Part shown: in pieces, positions 49,146 to 62,513 of the stretch
Layout of the letters: the number at the start of each line of letters is the position of its first letter
How positions within the stretch are numbered: the stretch's first letter is position 1
From: Deltaproteobacteria bacterium
GTDB lineage: Bacteria > Myxococcota > Kuafuiibacteriia > Kuafuiibacteriales > Kuafuiibacteriaceae
Direction of reading: 5' to 3'
NCBI GenBank assembly: GCA_040218735.1
Contig: JAVJQW010000033.1
Location: 192,001-256,000, forward strand
Length of the DNA stretch: 64,000 nucleotides
Made by a program: the position numbers and the translations under genes
The notes under the pieces: generated by a model
What the model was told of the DNA's origin: nothing
Database searches by the model: none
The model's input: only the letters and a program-made list of their open reading frames with translations

Positions 49146-49994
49146 ATGCCGCGGCCCATCAAGACCCTGATCGAGCTCCTCACCCAGCTCGGCGAAAAAG
49201 GATCCGACGACTACGAGCCTGAGGATCGCGCGCTCTTCGCCGAGCTGCGCGAGGCGACCAACCTCGGCCTGATCCGCTGCGCCGAGCGCGGTGACGACGG
49301 CGTGTGGCGCGCCAACGTCTGGTACAAGAAGGCGCTCCTCGCGGGCTTCCGGCTCGGACAGATGTACGAGCAGGAGGGCTACGCGAACTTCAACTTCTTC
49401 GACAAACACACGCTCCCCACGCGCAACTTCTACATGACGAACAACGTGCGCCTGGTGCCGGGCGGGAGCGCGGTTCGCGACGGCGCGTACGTCGGCGAAG
49501 GCGTCATCATCATGCCGCCCGCGTACATCAACATCGGCGCGTACGTCGGCGAGGGCACGATGGTCGACAGCCACGCGCTCGTCGGGTCGTGCGCGCAGAT
49601 CGGCAAGCGCGTGCACCTGTCGGCGGCCTCGCAGATCGGCGGTGTGCTCGAGCCGGCGGGGATGGTCCCGACGATCATCGAGGACGACGTCATGGTCGGC
49701 GGCAACTGCGGCGTCTACGAGGGCACGATCGTCCGCGAGCGCGCCGTGCTCGGGACGGGTGTCATCCTCAACGGCTCCACGCGTGTCTACGACGTCGTCA
49801 ACGAACGCGTCCTGAAGCGCGAGAAGGACAAGCCGCTGGAGATCCCGGCGGGCGCGGTCGTCGTGCCCGGGAGCCGGCCCGTGAGCGGTGACTTCGCCGC
49901 GAGCAACGGTCTGCACGTGGCGACGCCCCTCATCGTGAAGTACCGCGACGACAAGACCGACGCGGCGACGGCCCTCGAAGAAGCGCTCCGATGA
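49146..49994 (+). CDS. dapD: Tetrahydrodipicolinate N-succinyltransferase
   Basis: [42 protein letters not shown], hexapeptide repeats. Confidence 0.93.
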   Translation: MPRPIKTLIELLTQLGEKGSDDYEPEDRALFAELREATNLGLIRCAERGDDGVWRANVWYKKALLAGFRLGQMYEQEGYANFNFFDKHTLPTRNFYMTNNVRLVPGGSAVRDGAYVGEGVIIMPPAYINIGAYVGEGTMVDSHALVGSCAQIGKRVHLSAASQIGGVLEPAGMVPTIIEDDVMVGGNCGVYEGTIVRERAVLGTGVILNGSTRVYDVVNERVLKREKDKPLEIPAGAVVVPGSRPVSGDFAASNGLHVATPLIVKYRDDKTDAATALEEALR

Positions 49995-51037
49995 AGCGTC
50001 TTGTATTCGTCGCAGCGCTGCTCACCTTCGCGTGTGACGAGACCGACGAGTGTCGTCGGCTCGATCGCATTCAGGAGGAGAACGACAAGGTCCTCGACCA
50101 GGCGCGCCGCCGCGCGAAGCAGGCGGACGTCACCGAGAAGCGCCTCTCGGAGATGAAGGCCAAGGCGGACGAAGCGTTCGAAGAGTACGGCCTGAACCTG
50201 TCGGAGAAGGAAGTCACGAAGGCGTTGGAGGCGCGCGCCAAGGACCACGGCGCTACGGTCGAGCGCGGCACGCGGGAGATTGACTCCGGTATCAACCCAG
50301 GTGGCCCGGGGGGCGGTGGTGGTACGCAGACGATGTGGACGTTCACGTACCCGTCCAAGTCGATGTACGACGCGTGGCGTACCGCGGAGAAGATCATGGC
50401 CGTCCCGCCGTTCGTTCGATTTGCGTCGCTCCGGAACGGTCGTAAGCGCGGGACGTACTTGCTCGAGGCGGTCCGCGGCACGGTGGACCGCGCGCCGATG
50501 AAGGTCGAGCCGACGCCGCTCCCGAAGCTGCGGGACCCGGCGGACGTGCCCTCACAGTTCGGGTTCTGCGGGGCCGCCGAGAAACGTCAGGCGCTCGCCG
50601 CGCTCGCGAAGGAGGTCGAGGAGCTCACGCCGCAGGCCGAAGCGCTGACCGTCAACCTTCCGCTCGCCGCGAGCTGGGAGGGGCTGTGGAAACGCACCAT
50701 CGTCATCCGTGACATCGAGGACGAGTCGCGCCGCATCACCCGCGAGGTCTTCGAGTCGGCCGAGCGCGGGAAGGTCCCGCTGAAGGCGGCGGGCATCGAG
50801 AACGACATCGTGATCGTGGAGCTCGTCGGCGGGAAGAAGGAGCGCGGTCGCGTCGAACGCGAGCTCCCGAAGGCGCTCGTCGAGCAGCTCCAGACCCTGG
50901 ACGGCTCGGGCCAGAAGATCGAGCGCCTGATGATCGTGAACCGCCACGCCGAGAAGAAACACGAGGCGGAGCAGAAGCTGATGAAGGCGATCGAGCTGAA
51001 GAAGCGCCTCGAGGAGCAGAAGAAGAACCAGCCATGA
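49991..51037 (+). CDS. Hypothetical lipoprotein with coiled-coil segments
   Basis: [15 protein letters not shown] lipobox; overlaps dapD stop and the aminotransferase start. Confidence 0.7.
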   Translation: MKRLVFVAALLTFACDETDECRRLDRIQEENDKVLDQARRRAKQADVTEKRLSEMKAKADEAFEEYGLNLSEKEVTKALEARAKDHGATVERGTREIDSGINPGGPGGGGGTQTMWTFTYPSKSMYDAWRTAEKIMAVPPFVRFASLRNGRKRGTYLLEAVRGTVDRAPMKVEPTPLPKLRDPADVPSQFGFCGAAEKRQALAALAKEVEELTPQAEALTVNLPLAASWEGLWKRTIVIRDIEDESRRITREVFESAERGKVPLKAAGIENDIVIVELVGGKKERGRVERELPKALVEQLQTLDGSGQKIERLMIVNRHAEKKHEAEQKLMKAIELKKRLEEQKKNQP

Positions 51038-52167
51038 GCACGCCGCTGTCGAAGCGTGTCGCCGCGCTCGCGCCGTCGATCATTCGGGTGATGAACGGGC
51101 GGCGCAGGCCGACCAGCATCGATCTCTCCCTCGGGCAGCCGGCGTTGCCGCCGGACCCCGGCCTCGTGAAGGAGGCGCTGGAGGCGACGGAGAAGGCGGG
51201 CTGGGGGTACACACCCAACCCGGGGATCGTCGAGCTTCGCGAGGTCATCGCGAAGCACCACGGGTTGCCCGGGCGTGACCAACCTCAAAACGTGATCGTC
51301 ACGGTCGGGAGTGAGGAGGCGGTCTACCTCGCGTTGCTGTCGAGCGTCGATCCGGGCGACGAGATCCTGTTCCCGGAGCCGGGCTACCCGGCGTACCGCG
51401 GTATCGCAGGGCTGATCGGCGCGACGCCGGTGCCGTATCCGATCGACCGCGCCACGGGGTTGGTCGCGCGCGCCGACGCAATCGAGGCGCGCATCACGGA
51501 GCGCACGCGCATCGTGGTGCTCAACTCACCGTCGAACCCGTTTGGCACCTACGAGGACGAGGCGGAGCTCGCGCGCATCGCGAAGGTCTGCGAGGCCCAC
51601 GGCGTGACGATCCTCGCGGACGAGATCTACCGCGACCTGGTGTACGGCGATCGTGTCTTCCGATCGATCACCGAGATCACGGACCGCGCGATCCTCGTGA
51701 GCGGCCTGTCCAAGAGCTGCGCGCTCACGGGCTTCCGCCTCGGGTACCTCGTCGCCGACGCCGACTTCGTCGTGCAGGCGACCCTCGCGCACCAGCTCGT
51801 GGTGACGTGCACGGCGCGCATCTCACAGCACGCGGCGGTGCGTGTCTTCGCGGAGCCGGAGCACCTCGTGCGGCACGTCCCGTACTACGCGGACGCGCGG
51901 GCGGCGGTGGCGGAGGCGGCGAAGGCGTTGCCCGAAGACGTCCCGCTGTTCCTCGGCGAGGGTGCCTTCTACGCGATCATCGACGTCAGCCGTCGCACGG
52001 ACGACGCGTACGCGTTGGCGGTGCGGCTGCTCGAGGAAGAGGACGTCGTCGTCGTCCCCGGCGTCGCGTTCGGCCCCGGCGGGGAGTGGTTCTGGCGACT
52101 GTCCTACGCCGCGGGCGCCGAGACGGCGTCCGAGGGCGTTCGACGCATCGCGCGGTTCCTCGGCTAG
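51034..52167 (+). CDS. PLP-dependent class I/II aminotransferase (possibly DapC function)
   Basis: NSPSNPFG, ADEIY, SGLSKSCALTGFRLGY, VPGVAFG; same operon as dapD. Confidence 0.88.
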   Translation: MSTPLSKRVAALAPSIIRVMNGRRRPTSIDLSLGQPALPPDPGLVKEALEATEKAGWGYTPNPGIVELREVIAKHHGLPGRDQPQNVIVTVGSEEAVYLALLSSVDPGDEILFPEPGYPAYRGIAGLIGATPVPYPIDRATGLVARADAIEARITERTRIVVLNSPSNPFGTYEDEAELARIAKVCEAHGVTILADEIYRDLVYGDRVFRSITEITDRAILVSGLSKSCALTGFRLGYLVADADFVVQATLAHQLVVTCTARISQHAAVRVFAEPEHLVRHVPYYADARAAVAEAAKALPEDVPLFLGEGAFYAIIDVSRRTDDAYALAVRLLEEEDVVVVPGVAFGPGGEWFWRLSYAAGAETASEGVRRIARFLG

Positions 52168-52230
52168 TGCACGAGCGCCCCCGGGCGGGTGGCGTGCGCT
52201 GGGGGCGCGGGCCTGGTATCGCATGCCGCG

Positions 52231-53196
52231 ATGGTGACGCGTGCCGTCCAGCTCGACTTTTCGTCCAAGGAGCACGGGCCCGTCGAGTCGGACGCCATCG
52301 ATGCGGCGATCCAGGCGGGGCGCTATGTATGGATCGACATCGAGGCCTCGAACGCCGAGGAGCTCGGTACGGCGCTGAGCGCGGTCGACCGTCTGGATCC
52401 GGAGGTGATCGACCACGTCATCACCCAGGAGGAGACGACCCAGATCGCGCGCTACGAGGGGTGTCTTCACCTCGCGATGTGCGCGGGGCGCTTCGACGAC
52501 GACGACTTCTCGCTGCAGCGCTTCGACGCCGTGCTCGGGGACGGGTTCCTGCTCACGGCGCGCATCGGTGCGTGTGGCGTGCTCGACCGGATCCGCAAGG
52601 AGTACGCCGCGGACTTCGTACGGCACGCGAACACGCCGAGCTTCTTGGTGTTCGAGCTGTGGGATCACCTCGCAGATCATTACGTCGAGGTGCAGAAGCG
52701 GCTGGAGGGGGAGGTCGAGCAGCTGCAGCGTGAGCTCTTCAAGGACAGCGACGACGACGTCTTCGAGCGTGTCTCGGACATCGGCGCGGACCTGCTGCGC
52801 TTTCGTTCGGTGTTGATGCCGGCGCGCGCGATCCTGAGCGAGCTGTCGACGCGCCGATCGATCTTCGTGAGCGAGGCGACACAGCCGTACCTCAACAACA
52901 TCGTCGGGACGATCGAGCACGTGCTGCAGGACGTCCTCGTCGATCGTGACTCCCTGACCCAGGCGCTGTCGCTCTACCTCTCGATGGTCGGGCACCGCAC
53001 GAACCGCGCGATGAGCAAACTCACCGTGATCAGCGTGATCTTCCTGCCGCTGACCTTTCTGTGCGGCGTGTACGGGATGAACTTCCAGATCCTGCCCGAG
53101 CTGCAGTGGAAGTACGGCTACGCGCTGTTCTGGTTCCTGGTGGTGTTGATCGTCGTGGTGATGGTCGCCGTGATGAGGCGCGCACGCCTGCTGTGA
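52231..53196 (+). CDS. corA: CorA-family Mg2+ transporter
   Basis: Two C-terminal TM helices with YGMNF and LPEL signature. Confidence 0.9.
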   Translation: MVTRAVQLDFSSKEHGPVESDAIDAAIQAGRYVWIDIEASNAEELGTALSAVDRLDPEVIDHVITQEETTQIARYEGCLHLAMCAGRFDDDDFSLQRFDAVLGDGFLLTARIGACGVLDRIRKEYAADFVRHANTPSFLVFELWDHLADHYVEVQKRLEGEVEQLQRELFKDSDDDVFERVSDIGADLLRFRSVLMPARAILSELSTRRSIFVSEATQPYLNNIVGTIEHVLQDVLVDRDSLTQALSLYLSMVGHRTNRAMSKLTVISVIFLPLTFLCGVYGMNFQILPELQWKYGYALFWFLVVLIVVVMVAVMRRARLL

Positions 53197-53597
53197 TGTG
53201 GGCGCTCGACTCGAAGCCCGACGACGAAGACGCGTCGCAGACCGTCGTCGACGACGAGCCCGAGAAGGAGGAGGCACCGCCGCGGATCGTGTGTCGTCGG
53301 TGCGCGACGTTCCTCAGCGAGGAGAAGGCCGTCTTCTCGCTGACGGAGGGCGGCGCAGTGCAAGTGTTCCCGAACCCGAGCGGTTGGCTGCGCAAGATCG
53401 TGACGGTGCGTTGGGCCGAGAACCTCGTCGCCGTGTCGCGGCCGACCGCGGACTTCACGTGGTTCGCGGGGTACGCCTGGACGATCGTCACGTGCGCCGG
53501 ATGCGCCGCGCACCTCGGGTGGCTCTACGAGGACGTCGCGAACCAGTCGATCGCGTCGTTCTACGGGCTCCTCGTGGCGGAGGTGGAGAGGTCCTGA
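53196..53597 (+). CDS. Bacterial cereblon (CULT domain) protein
   Basis: CRRC...CAGC Zn knuckles; NPSG; FTWFAGYAW and HLGWLY aromatic cage; FYGL; TGATG overlap with corA. Confidence 0.88.
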   Translation: MWALDSKPDDEDASQTVVDDEPEKEEAPPRIVCRRCATFLSEEKAVFSLTEGGAVQVFPNPSGWLRKIVTVRWAENLVAVSRPTADFTWFAGYAWTIVTCAGCAAHLGWLYEDVANQSIASFYGLLVAEVERS

Positions 53598-53607
53598 GCG
53601 GCCTGCT

Positions 53608-55185
53608 ATGGATCGACGCATCGAAGCGCCGAACGCCACCACCCGAGCGCAGCTGGACCGCATCCTCCGGGAGGCGGGCGTACGACGCGAGTACGCGCCG
53701 GCGGTGGAGGGGGAGGTCGAGCGCTTCGTCGCGAACCCGGGCATCGACGATCCGCGCCTGGCCGATCTCACCGATCGCCCGTTCGTGACGATCGACGAGA
53801 CACACTCGCGCGATCTGGATCAGGCGCTGTTCATCCAGCGCACGGGCGGTGGGTTCGTCGTGGACTACGCGCTGGCCGACGCGGCCTACGCCGTCCGGCC
53901 GGACACCGCGCTGTTCTCGGAGTCGCTCAAGCGCGGCGCGAGCTTCTACCTGCCGGGGTTCTCGGTGCCGATGCTGCCGCGCGCGTTGTCGGAGGGGCTC
54001 GTCTCGCTCAACCCGAACGTCGAGCGCCGCGCCCTCGTGGTGCGCACGGAGCTCGACGCGACCGGGATGCCGACCGGGTCTTCGCTCTTCCGTGCGCGGA
54101 TTCGTAGCCGCGACAAACTCGCCTACGGCGACGTGGATCGCTGGCTCGCCCAAGAGTCCGACACCTTCGACGAAGCGCCGTACGCCGAATCGCTCCGCCT
54201 CCTGAAGACAGTCGGCGAGCTGCGCATGCAGGACCTCGTGGAGCGCGACGTCGTGCAGCACCACCGGCGCTCGACGGAGGTCGTCGTCAACGACAGCGGG
54301 GATCTGGAGATCGTGCCGCTCGCGCGACGTCGGGTGGATCGTTACAACGAGCAGATCTCCCTGCTGTGCAACATCGAGGGCGCGCGGTTCCTGCGGCGTC
54401 ACGCGCATGCTGCCTTGCAGCCGGTGTTCAAGGTGCACGAGCGGCCACCCGAGTCGCGTGTGCACGAGCTCGAGGCGCTGATCGGTGGCGTGGTCGCGGC
54501 GCGTGGGCTCGACGCGGACCGCTGGGCGTGGCGCTCCCGGAGCACCCACGGCGAGGCGGGGGAGACACTCGCCGCGTACCTTGCGCGCGTCCCGGTGGAC
54601 GGACCGGACGGCGACGTCGGTCGCGCGATTCACCGGCAGGCGATCTGGATCAACCGTCGCTCGGAGTTCACGGTGGAGGCCGCGCCGCACCACGGGATCG
54701 GCGCGGAGGAGTACGCGCGGTTCTCGGCGCCGATGCGCGAGGTCGTCGGGATCTTCACGCACAAGGAAGCGCTGGAGGTCCTCGACGACGCGATCGAGCA
54801 GAACGTGGAGCGGGACAAGGCGCTCCAGGCGCAGGTGGTCGAGGTGTCGAACCGCGCGAAGGCGGTGCAGTCGCGGATCGACAAGAAGACGGAGCTGATC
54901 GCGCTCGACCAGCTCCTGGAGCGCGACCTCGCCGGGGACCGACCCGTGCGCGAGGGGTTCGTGATGGGGCTCGCGAAGAACAAGATCTACATCGACATCG
55001 AGGCGCCCCCGCTCGAGGTGAAGCTGTACGTCGAGGACCTCGAACGCCACTGCGGGGGCCGGCCGACGCTCGCGGACCACGGCGCGGCGCTCCGGGGCTC
55101 GGACCGCGCCATTTTCCTCGGTGACCGCGTGCGGTTACGGGTGCGCGGGCGAACGAAGGGCCGCTGGTCCTTCGAGCTGGTCTGA
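53608..55185 (+). CDS. RNB-domain exoribonuclease (RNase II/R family)
   Basis: FVTIDETHSRDLDQA, RGASFYLPG, PMLP, HHGIGAEEYARFSAPMR. Confidence 0.88.
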   Translation: MDRRIEAPNATTRAQLDRILREAGVRREYAPAVEGEVERFVANPGIDDPRLADLTDRPFVTIDETHSRDLDQALFIQRTGGGFVVDYALADAAYAVRPDTALFSESLKRGASFYLPGFSVPMLPRALSEGLVSLNPNVERRALVVRTELDATGMPTGSSLFRARIRSRDKLAYGDVDRWLAQESDTFDEAPYAESLRLLKTVGELRMQDLVERDVVQHHRRSTEVVVNDSGDLEIVPLARRRVDRYNEQISLLCNIEGARFLRRHAHAALQPVFKVHERPPESRVHELEALIGGVVAARGLDADRWAWRSRSTHGEAGETLAAYLARVPVDGPDGDVGRAIHRQAIWINRRSEFTVEAAPHHGIGAEEYARFSAPMREVVGIFTHKEALEVLDDAIEQNVERDKALQAQVVEVSNRAKAVQSRIDKKTELIALDQLLERDLAGDRPVREGFVMGLAKNKIYIDIEAPPLEVKLYVEDLERHCGGRPTLADHGAALRGSDRAIFLGDRVRLRVRGRTKGRWSFELV

Positions 55186-55241
55186 ATCAATTCGGAGCCG
55201 GAGCTTCAGCTCGCGACCCCCCGACCGAATACGGGATCGTC

Positions 55242-56870
55242 ATGATCTCCGTCTCGACCCTCGCCCTCGGACTCACGTTGCTGGCGTCGCCCTACGCGAC
55301 GCGCGCCGAGGCCGCCGACATCGTCGCCGCCGGCGGACCGAACGCCGCCGACGCCCGTGCTTGGCTGGTCGGCGCCGGCCGCCCCGGGCTGTGGGCGCTC
55401 CACGCGCTCGCGAAGAGCGGCTCGAGCGCCAAGAAGGCCAACGTCCTCGAAGCCATCGGCTGGTGGCGCACCGAGGAGGCGGAGTATGTGCTCCGCCGCT
55501 CGCTGAAGTCCGGCAACAGCGTGGTGCAGGTCGGCGCGGTCAAGGGGATGGGGCACCTCGCGACGTCGCGCGTCGGGCGGGTGCTCGTCGATCAGCTCGA
55601 CTCGCGCTATCCCGCGGTTCGCGAGGCGGCGGTCGCTGCGCTGATCGAGATCGGCCCGAGCGTCGCGCAGCGCGTGCGTTCGAAGCTCTCCGATCCGAGC
55701 GCCTTCGCGCGCGCCGGGGCCGTCACGTACTTCGCGAAGCACTCCAACGACGTCGAGTTCGACGAGGTCGTGGGCGACGCGCTCCGGGACGGCGCCTGGA
55801 GCGTGGTGTCGGCGGCGGTCGACGCTGCGGGGCAGCGCAAGCGCCGCGCGCACCTTCCGCGTTTGCACACGCTCCTCGCCACCGCGCCTTCGAAGGTCGC
55901 GGTCGCCGCGGGTGAGGCGTACGTGCAGGCCGCGCCCGACGCGTACGGCGATCGGGTGGCGGACATCCTCGAGGAGCGCCGCGTCCCGAAGGCCGTGCGT
56001 CAGGCCATGAAGGCGAAGCTCCGCGCGGACGTCGGTCGGCGCTCCTTCGAGATCCTCGCGAAGGCGGCCGTCGACGCCGGCGAGAAGGGCGAGGCGGCGT
56101 ACCGCGACCTGATCGTCACCAACGCCTCCGAGAAGGAGGCGACGGCGCTCTTTTCGCTGCTCGCTTCGCGTCGTCCGCGCCTGAGCGCGTTTGCGTCGAG
56201 CGCGTTGGCGATGATGGGCGAGTCGATCGAAGACGGTGCGCTGGAGGCGCTCCCGAGCGCGAGCATCATCACGCGCGAAGCCATCCTCGACATCCTGATG
56301 AAGGCCCCGCGCGATCGCATGAAGGCCAAGGCGCTCGAGATGGCGAAGAGCAAGGACGACGAACGCCGCGTCGCCGCGATCCGGGTCATGGAGCGCATGG
56401 CCGACAACAGCCTCACGCCGAAGCTCACCGAGCTCGCGGACGACGAGCGCCCGAAGGTCCGTATGGCGGCGCTCGCGGCGCTCGGGCCGATCCCGTCTGC
56501 GTCGGCGCGCGTCACGCTCGAAGAGCACCTCGCCGACCCCGCTGCCGACGTGCAGATCGCCGCGCTCCGCGCGCTCGCCGCGACGCCCACCCAGGAGCGG
56601 AACGACCGCGTCCTCGCGGCCCTCGACGACGAGCGCCCGAACGTCCGCCTCGAAGCGATCCGCCTGCTCTCACCGCCGCAGTCGAGCCCCGTCCTGACGC
56701 GCTTCGAGCGGATGCTCGAGACGGCGTCGGCGTCGGAGCGCATCGCGATCATTCAGGGCATCGCGAAGAGCAAGCTCCCCGGCGCCGACATGCTGCTGAT
56801 GGAGTTGGTGACCCACCGTAGACACGAGATCCGCAAGGCGGCCGTGGCGACGGTGGATCAGGACTGGTGA
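55242..56870 (+). CDS. Exported HEAT-repeat protein
   Basis: Signal peptide; repeated VREAAVAAL / VRMAALAAL / VRLEAIRLL HEAT units. Confidence 0.8.
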   Translation: MISVSTLALGLTLLASPYATRAEAADIVAAGGPNAADARAWLVGAGRPGLWALHALAKSGSSAKKANVLEAIGWWRTEEAEYVLRRSLKSGNSVVQVGAVKGMGHLATSRVGRVLVDQLDSRYPAVREAAVAALIEIGPSVAQRVRSKLSDPSAFARAGAVTYFAKHSNDVEFDEVVGDALRDGAWSVVSAAVDAAGQRKRRAHLPRLHTLLATAPSKVAVAAGEAYVQAAPDAYGDRVADILEERRVPKAVRQAMKAKLRADVGRRSFEILAKAAVDAGEKGEAAYRDLIVTNASEKEATALFSLLASRRPRLSAFASSALAMMGESIEDGALEALPSASIITREAILDILMKAPRDRMKAKALEMAKSKDDERRVAAIRVMERMADNSLTPKLTELADDERPKVRMAALAALGPIPSASARVTLEEHLADPAADVQIAALRALAATPTQERNDRVLAALDDERPNVRLEAIRLLSPPQSSPVLTRFERMLETASASERIAIIQGIAKSKLPGADMLLMELVTHRRHEIRKAAVATVDQDW

Positions 56871-56888
56871 GGGGGCGAGCGCCCCCTC
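56869..56888. terminator. GC hairpin between convergent genes
   Basis: GAGGGGGC-gagc-GCCCCCTC; no strong U-tract. Confidence 0.45.
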
Positions 56889-56891
56889 GAA

Positions 56892-59582
<2,691 letters not shown>

Positions 59583-59599
59583 CGATCTTCTCTTTCCGT

Positions 59600-61369
59600 T
59601 CAGGCCTTGGGGGCCTGAATCTCCTTGAGCTCCGCGAGGAGCTGCAGCTGGACCTCGGGGTCGCCTTCCCGGGCGATTCGCTGCTTCAGGTCGCGCACGC
59701 TTCGCTTCTTGTGCTCATCGAGCAGGCGGTCCACGAGTGCGGCGGTGTCGTCTTCGTTCGGGAGCTCCTCGCTCAGATAGCCCACGAGGCCATCGGCGAG
59801 CTGCCCGTACCCTTCTTCCGCCAGGACTGCCAGTGCTTTGGCCGCGTTGAACGTCGCTCCTCCTTCGACTGCGTGTGATGCAGCGCGCACCGCGGTTTCA
59901 ACCGCGGCGGAAGAGAACGTGTCCAGCGCCGATTTCATTTCCAACGTACGCAAGGTTTCGACGGGTTCGCTCACCAGCTTCTTCAGGAGCGCCTTCTCTA
60001 CGACGGGTAACGAAACCTCGCGAGATTTTGGCGCCTTGGGTGGTGGCTCGGGCCGTCGGGATCGTTCGGGACCCCTGCTCGAAAGGTGTCTGTGGAACAC
60101 GTTCGGTGACAGACCGAGTGTCTTGGCCGCCGCCTGCATCGCCACATCCCGGATCAGGGGGTCCCGAATCGCCTGAATCATGGGTTTGATGGCCTCGACG
60201 GCCTGGGTCGTCCCGGCGACCCCGCCCCCGGCGTGCCGCTGGCGCGCGCGAGACAGGAAGAAATCGATCGCGGAAGGCGCTGCGTCAACGAGTTTCTCTA
60301 GTGAATCGCCACCCTTGCCGCGCACGAAGGTGTCCGGATCCTCGCCCGGGGGTAGGGCAATCACCCGGACGGACGCGCCCGCCTCGAGCAGCAGGATCGA
60401 CGCCTTGCGGGTGGCCTCCTGCCCGGCCTCGTCGCCGTCGTAGAGCGTGACGATCTCGGGGGCCTGCCGGACCAGCGCCCGCGCGTGGTCCTTGGTCAAC
60501 GCGGTGCCACACGCCGCGACCGCGACGGCGACGCCGGACTGCGCCAGCGCAATCACGTCGAGGTAGCCCTCCACGAGCAGCGCGCGCCGTCCGCGGCGGA
60601 TGTCGTCCCGGCATTCATAGAGCCCATACAAGATACGGCTCTTGTCGTAGATCGGGCTCTCCGGGGAGTTGAGGTACTTCGGGGCGTCCGGCTCCACCCA
60701 GTCCGCGCGCCGCGCGCCGAAGCCGGCGATCCGGCCGTCGGGGAGGCGGATCGGAAACACGACGCGCCCGCGGAGCCGGTCGTAGGGCCGGCCGTCCCGC
60801 GCGGACTTTCCGCACAGGCCCACCTGGATCGCGCGATCCGGGGGGATCTTTCGGGACGCGAGGAAGTCGACGAGGTTGCGCCACCCGGGGGGCGCCCACC
60901 CGATCTCGAAGCGGTCGATCGTCGCCTGGGTCAGCCCGCGCTCGCGGGTGAGGTAGGCGCGGGCCTCGCGATCCTCGTTCAAGGCGCGCCGGTAGAAGCC
61001 GAGCGCTTCCTCGTTGAGATCGAAGAGTGTGTTCGAGACCTTGCGTCGCTCGCGCTGCGCCGGGGTCTCTTCGTGCTGCGGGAGGTTCACGCCGGCCTCG
61101 CGCGCGAGGCGGCGTACGGCCTCGGGGAAGTCGATGCCTTCCATGCGCATCACGAAGCCGAAGACGTCGCCGCCCGCGCCGCAGCCGAAGCAGTGAAACA
61201 GCTGCTTCGCGCGGCTCACACCGAACGACGGGGTCTTCTCGCTGTGGAACGGGCAGAGGCCGACCATGCGGCTGCCCTTCTTGGTGAGCTGGACGGAGCG
61301 ACCCACCACCGACTCGATGTCGATGCGGTCGCGGATCTCACTGATCTTCTCGGCGGGGTAGCGCGCCAC
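59600..61369 (-). CDS. dnaG: DNA primase
   Basis: [16 protein letters not shown] Zn finger, KYLNSPE, VEGYLDV, YDGDEAG, DPD. Confidence 0.96.
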   Translation of the reverse strand: MARYPAEKISEIRDRIDIESVVGRSVQLTKKGSRMVGLCPFHSEKTPSFGVSRAKQLFHCFGCGAGGDVFGFVMRMEGIDFPEAVRRLAREAGVNLPQHEETPAQRERRKVSNTLFDLNEEALGFYRRALNEDREARAYLTRERGLTQATIDRFEIGWAPPGWRNLVDFLASRKIPPDRAIQVGLCGKSARDGRPYDRLRGRVVFPIRLPDGRIAGFGARRADWVEPDAPKYLNSPESPIYDKSRILYGLYECRDDIRRGRRALLVEGYLDVIALAQSGVAVAVAACGTALTKDHARALVRQAPEIVTLYDGDEAGQEATRKASILLLEAGASVRVIALPPGEDPDTFVRGKGGDSLEKLVDAAPSAIDFFLSRARQRHAGGGVAGTTQAVEAIKPMIQAIRDPLIRDVAMQAAAKTLGLSPNVFHRHLSSRGPERSRRPEPPPKAPKSREVSLPVVEKALLKKLVSEPVETLRTLEMKSALDTFSSAAVETAVRAASHAVEGGATFNAAKALAVLAEEGYGQLADGLVGYLSEELPNEDDTAALVDRLLDEHKKRSVRDLKQRIAREGDPEVQLQLLAELKEIQAPKA

Positions 61370-61382
61370 GAGACCTCGTCTG

Positions 61383-61422
61383 AAAAAAGAAAGACGCGCG
61401 CTCGGTCGGACCGGGCGCGCGC
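61383..61422 (-). terminator. Intrinsic terminator/attenuator between rpsU and dnaG
   Basis: Minus strand GCGCGCGCCCGGT-ccg-ACCGAGCGCGCGT followed by CTTTCTTTTTT. Confidence 0.75.
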
Positions 61423-61447
61423 CAAACACTCGAAAGCGGGGGCGTGA

Positions 61448-61645
61448 TTAGTGCCCTTCCTTCCGAAGCTTCTTGATCATGCGCTTACGCGCGGCCGCAG
61501 CCTTCTTCTTCTTCTTCACGGAGGGCTTTTCGTAATACTCGCGCTTACGAATCTCACCGAGGATGCCGGCGCGCTCGCACTGCTTCTTGAAGCGGCGCAT
61601 CGCACGTTCGAAGGACTCACCTTCCTTGACTCTCACTCCTGGCAT
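61448..61645 (-). CDS. rpsU: 30S ribosomal protein bS21
   Basis: [26 protein letters not shown]. Confidence 0.97.
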   Translation of the reverse strand: MPGVRVKEGESFERAMRRFKKQCERAGILGEIRKREYYEKPSVKKKKKAAAARKRMIKKLRKEGH

Positions 61646-61708
61646 GACGGACGAATCACCCCCTCGGCTCGGCTAGCTGCCTGTGTCCCGTAAGGAACGG
61701 GAGGGGAG

Positions 61709-61737
61709 GGTCTAGGATTCCCCGCCGGCCCTGTCAA
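61709..61737 (-). promoter_or_regulatory. Sigma70 promoter of the rpsU-dnaG-rpoD operon
   Basis: TTGACA (61737-61732), 17-nt spacer, TAGACC (61714-61709). Confidence 0.7.
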
Positions 61738-61755
61738 GCACAGGTGCAGAGCCCT

Positions 61756-62472
61756 TCACTCGGCCGGCGACTCCGGCTGCGTCCGCGCCGCCTTCTCCTC
61801 CAGGCCCGAGCGCCCCATCCGTCGCTCCAGCTCCGCGAGCACGTCCCGAAACGACAGCTGCCGTCCCTTGAGCGCCACCGCGAGGTGGTAGAGCACGTCC
61901 GCCGACTCCGACACGACACGATCGTCGCCTTCCTCGGCGAGGGCGACGGCGAGCTCTTCGGACTCTTCGCGGATCTTCGCGATCTGCGTCTCGACGCCCG
62001 CCTCCAGCAGCGTGCGCGTGTAACTCGGCGTGATCTCGCTCTTGTTCGCCGCCCGGGCGTCGATGACCGTCTCCAGCTCGGCCATGATCTGCGCCTCGGT
62101 CCCGCTCGCGACCTCGACCGGCTCGCGCGACCAGCCCTCGCGCACGCGCCGCCACGAAAAACACGTGTCGGTGCCCTCGTGACAGGCCGGGAGCTTCGCC
62201 TCCACGAGGTAGAGCAGGGTGTCGCCGTCGCAGTCCAGGCGCACGTGGAGCAGCCGTTGCCGGTTCCCGGAGACCGCGCCCTTCTCCCACAGGGTCTGGC
62301 GCGACCGCGAGTAGTAGGTCGCGTACCCCGTCTCGAGCGACTTCGCGAGCGCCTCCTTCGACACCCACGCGACCATCAACACCGCGCGCGTCCTCAGGTC
62401 CTGCGCGACACACGGGACCAGCCCGCGCTCGTCGGGCGACGTCTTCGCCCACAGACGCTCTACGTTCACCAC
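61756..62472 (-). CDS. hisIE: Bifunctional phosphoribosyl-AMP cyclohydrolase / phosphoribosyl-ATP diphosphatase
   Basis: YSRSRQTLWEKGAVSGN, DCDGDTL, ACHEG, SYT, KIREESEE, ESADVLYH. Confidence 0.95.
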   Translation of the reverse strand: MVNVERLWAKTSPDERGLVPCVAQDLRTRAVLMVAWVSKEALAKSLETGYATYYSRSRQTLWEKGAVSGNRQRLLHVRLDCDGDTLLYLVEAKLPACHEGTDTCFSWRRVREGWSREPVEVASGTEAQIMAELETVIDARAANKSEITPSYTRTLLEAGVETQIAKIREESEELAVALAEEGDDRVVSESADVLYHLAVALKGRQLSFRDVLAELERRMGRSGLEEKAARTQPESPAE

Positions 62473-62513
62473 CCGGGACCTTACCCAGATATCACGCGTG
62501 CTGTCGCGCCCCC

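Noticed and set aside
53790-53830. RNase motif DLDQA instead of DLDDA as a sign of inactivation
   Set aside because: The other three acidic residues are kept and DLDQA is a common variant in RNB proteins.
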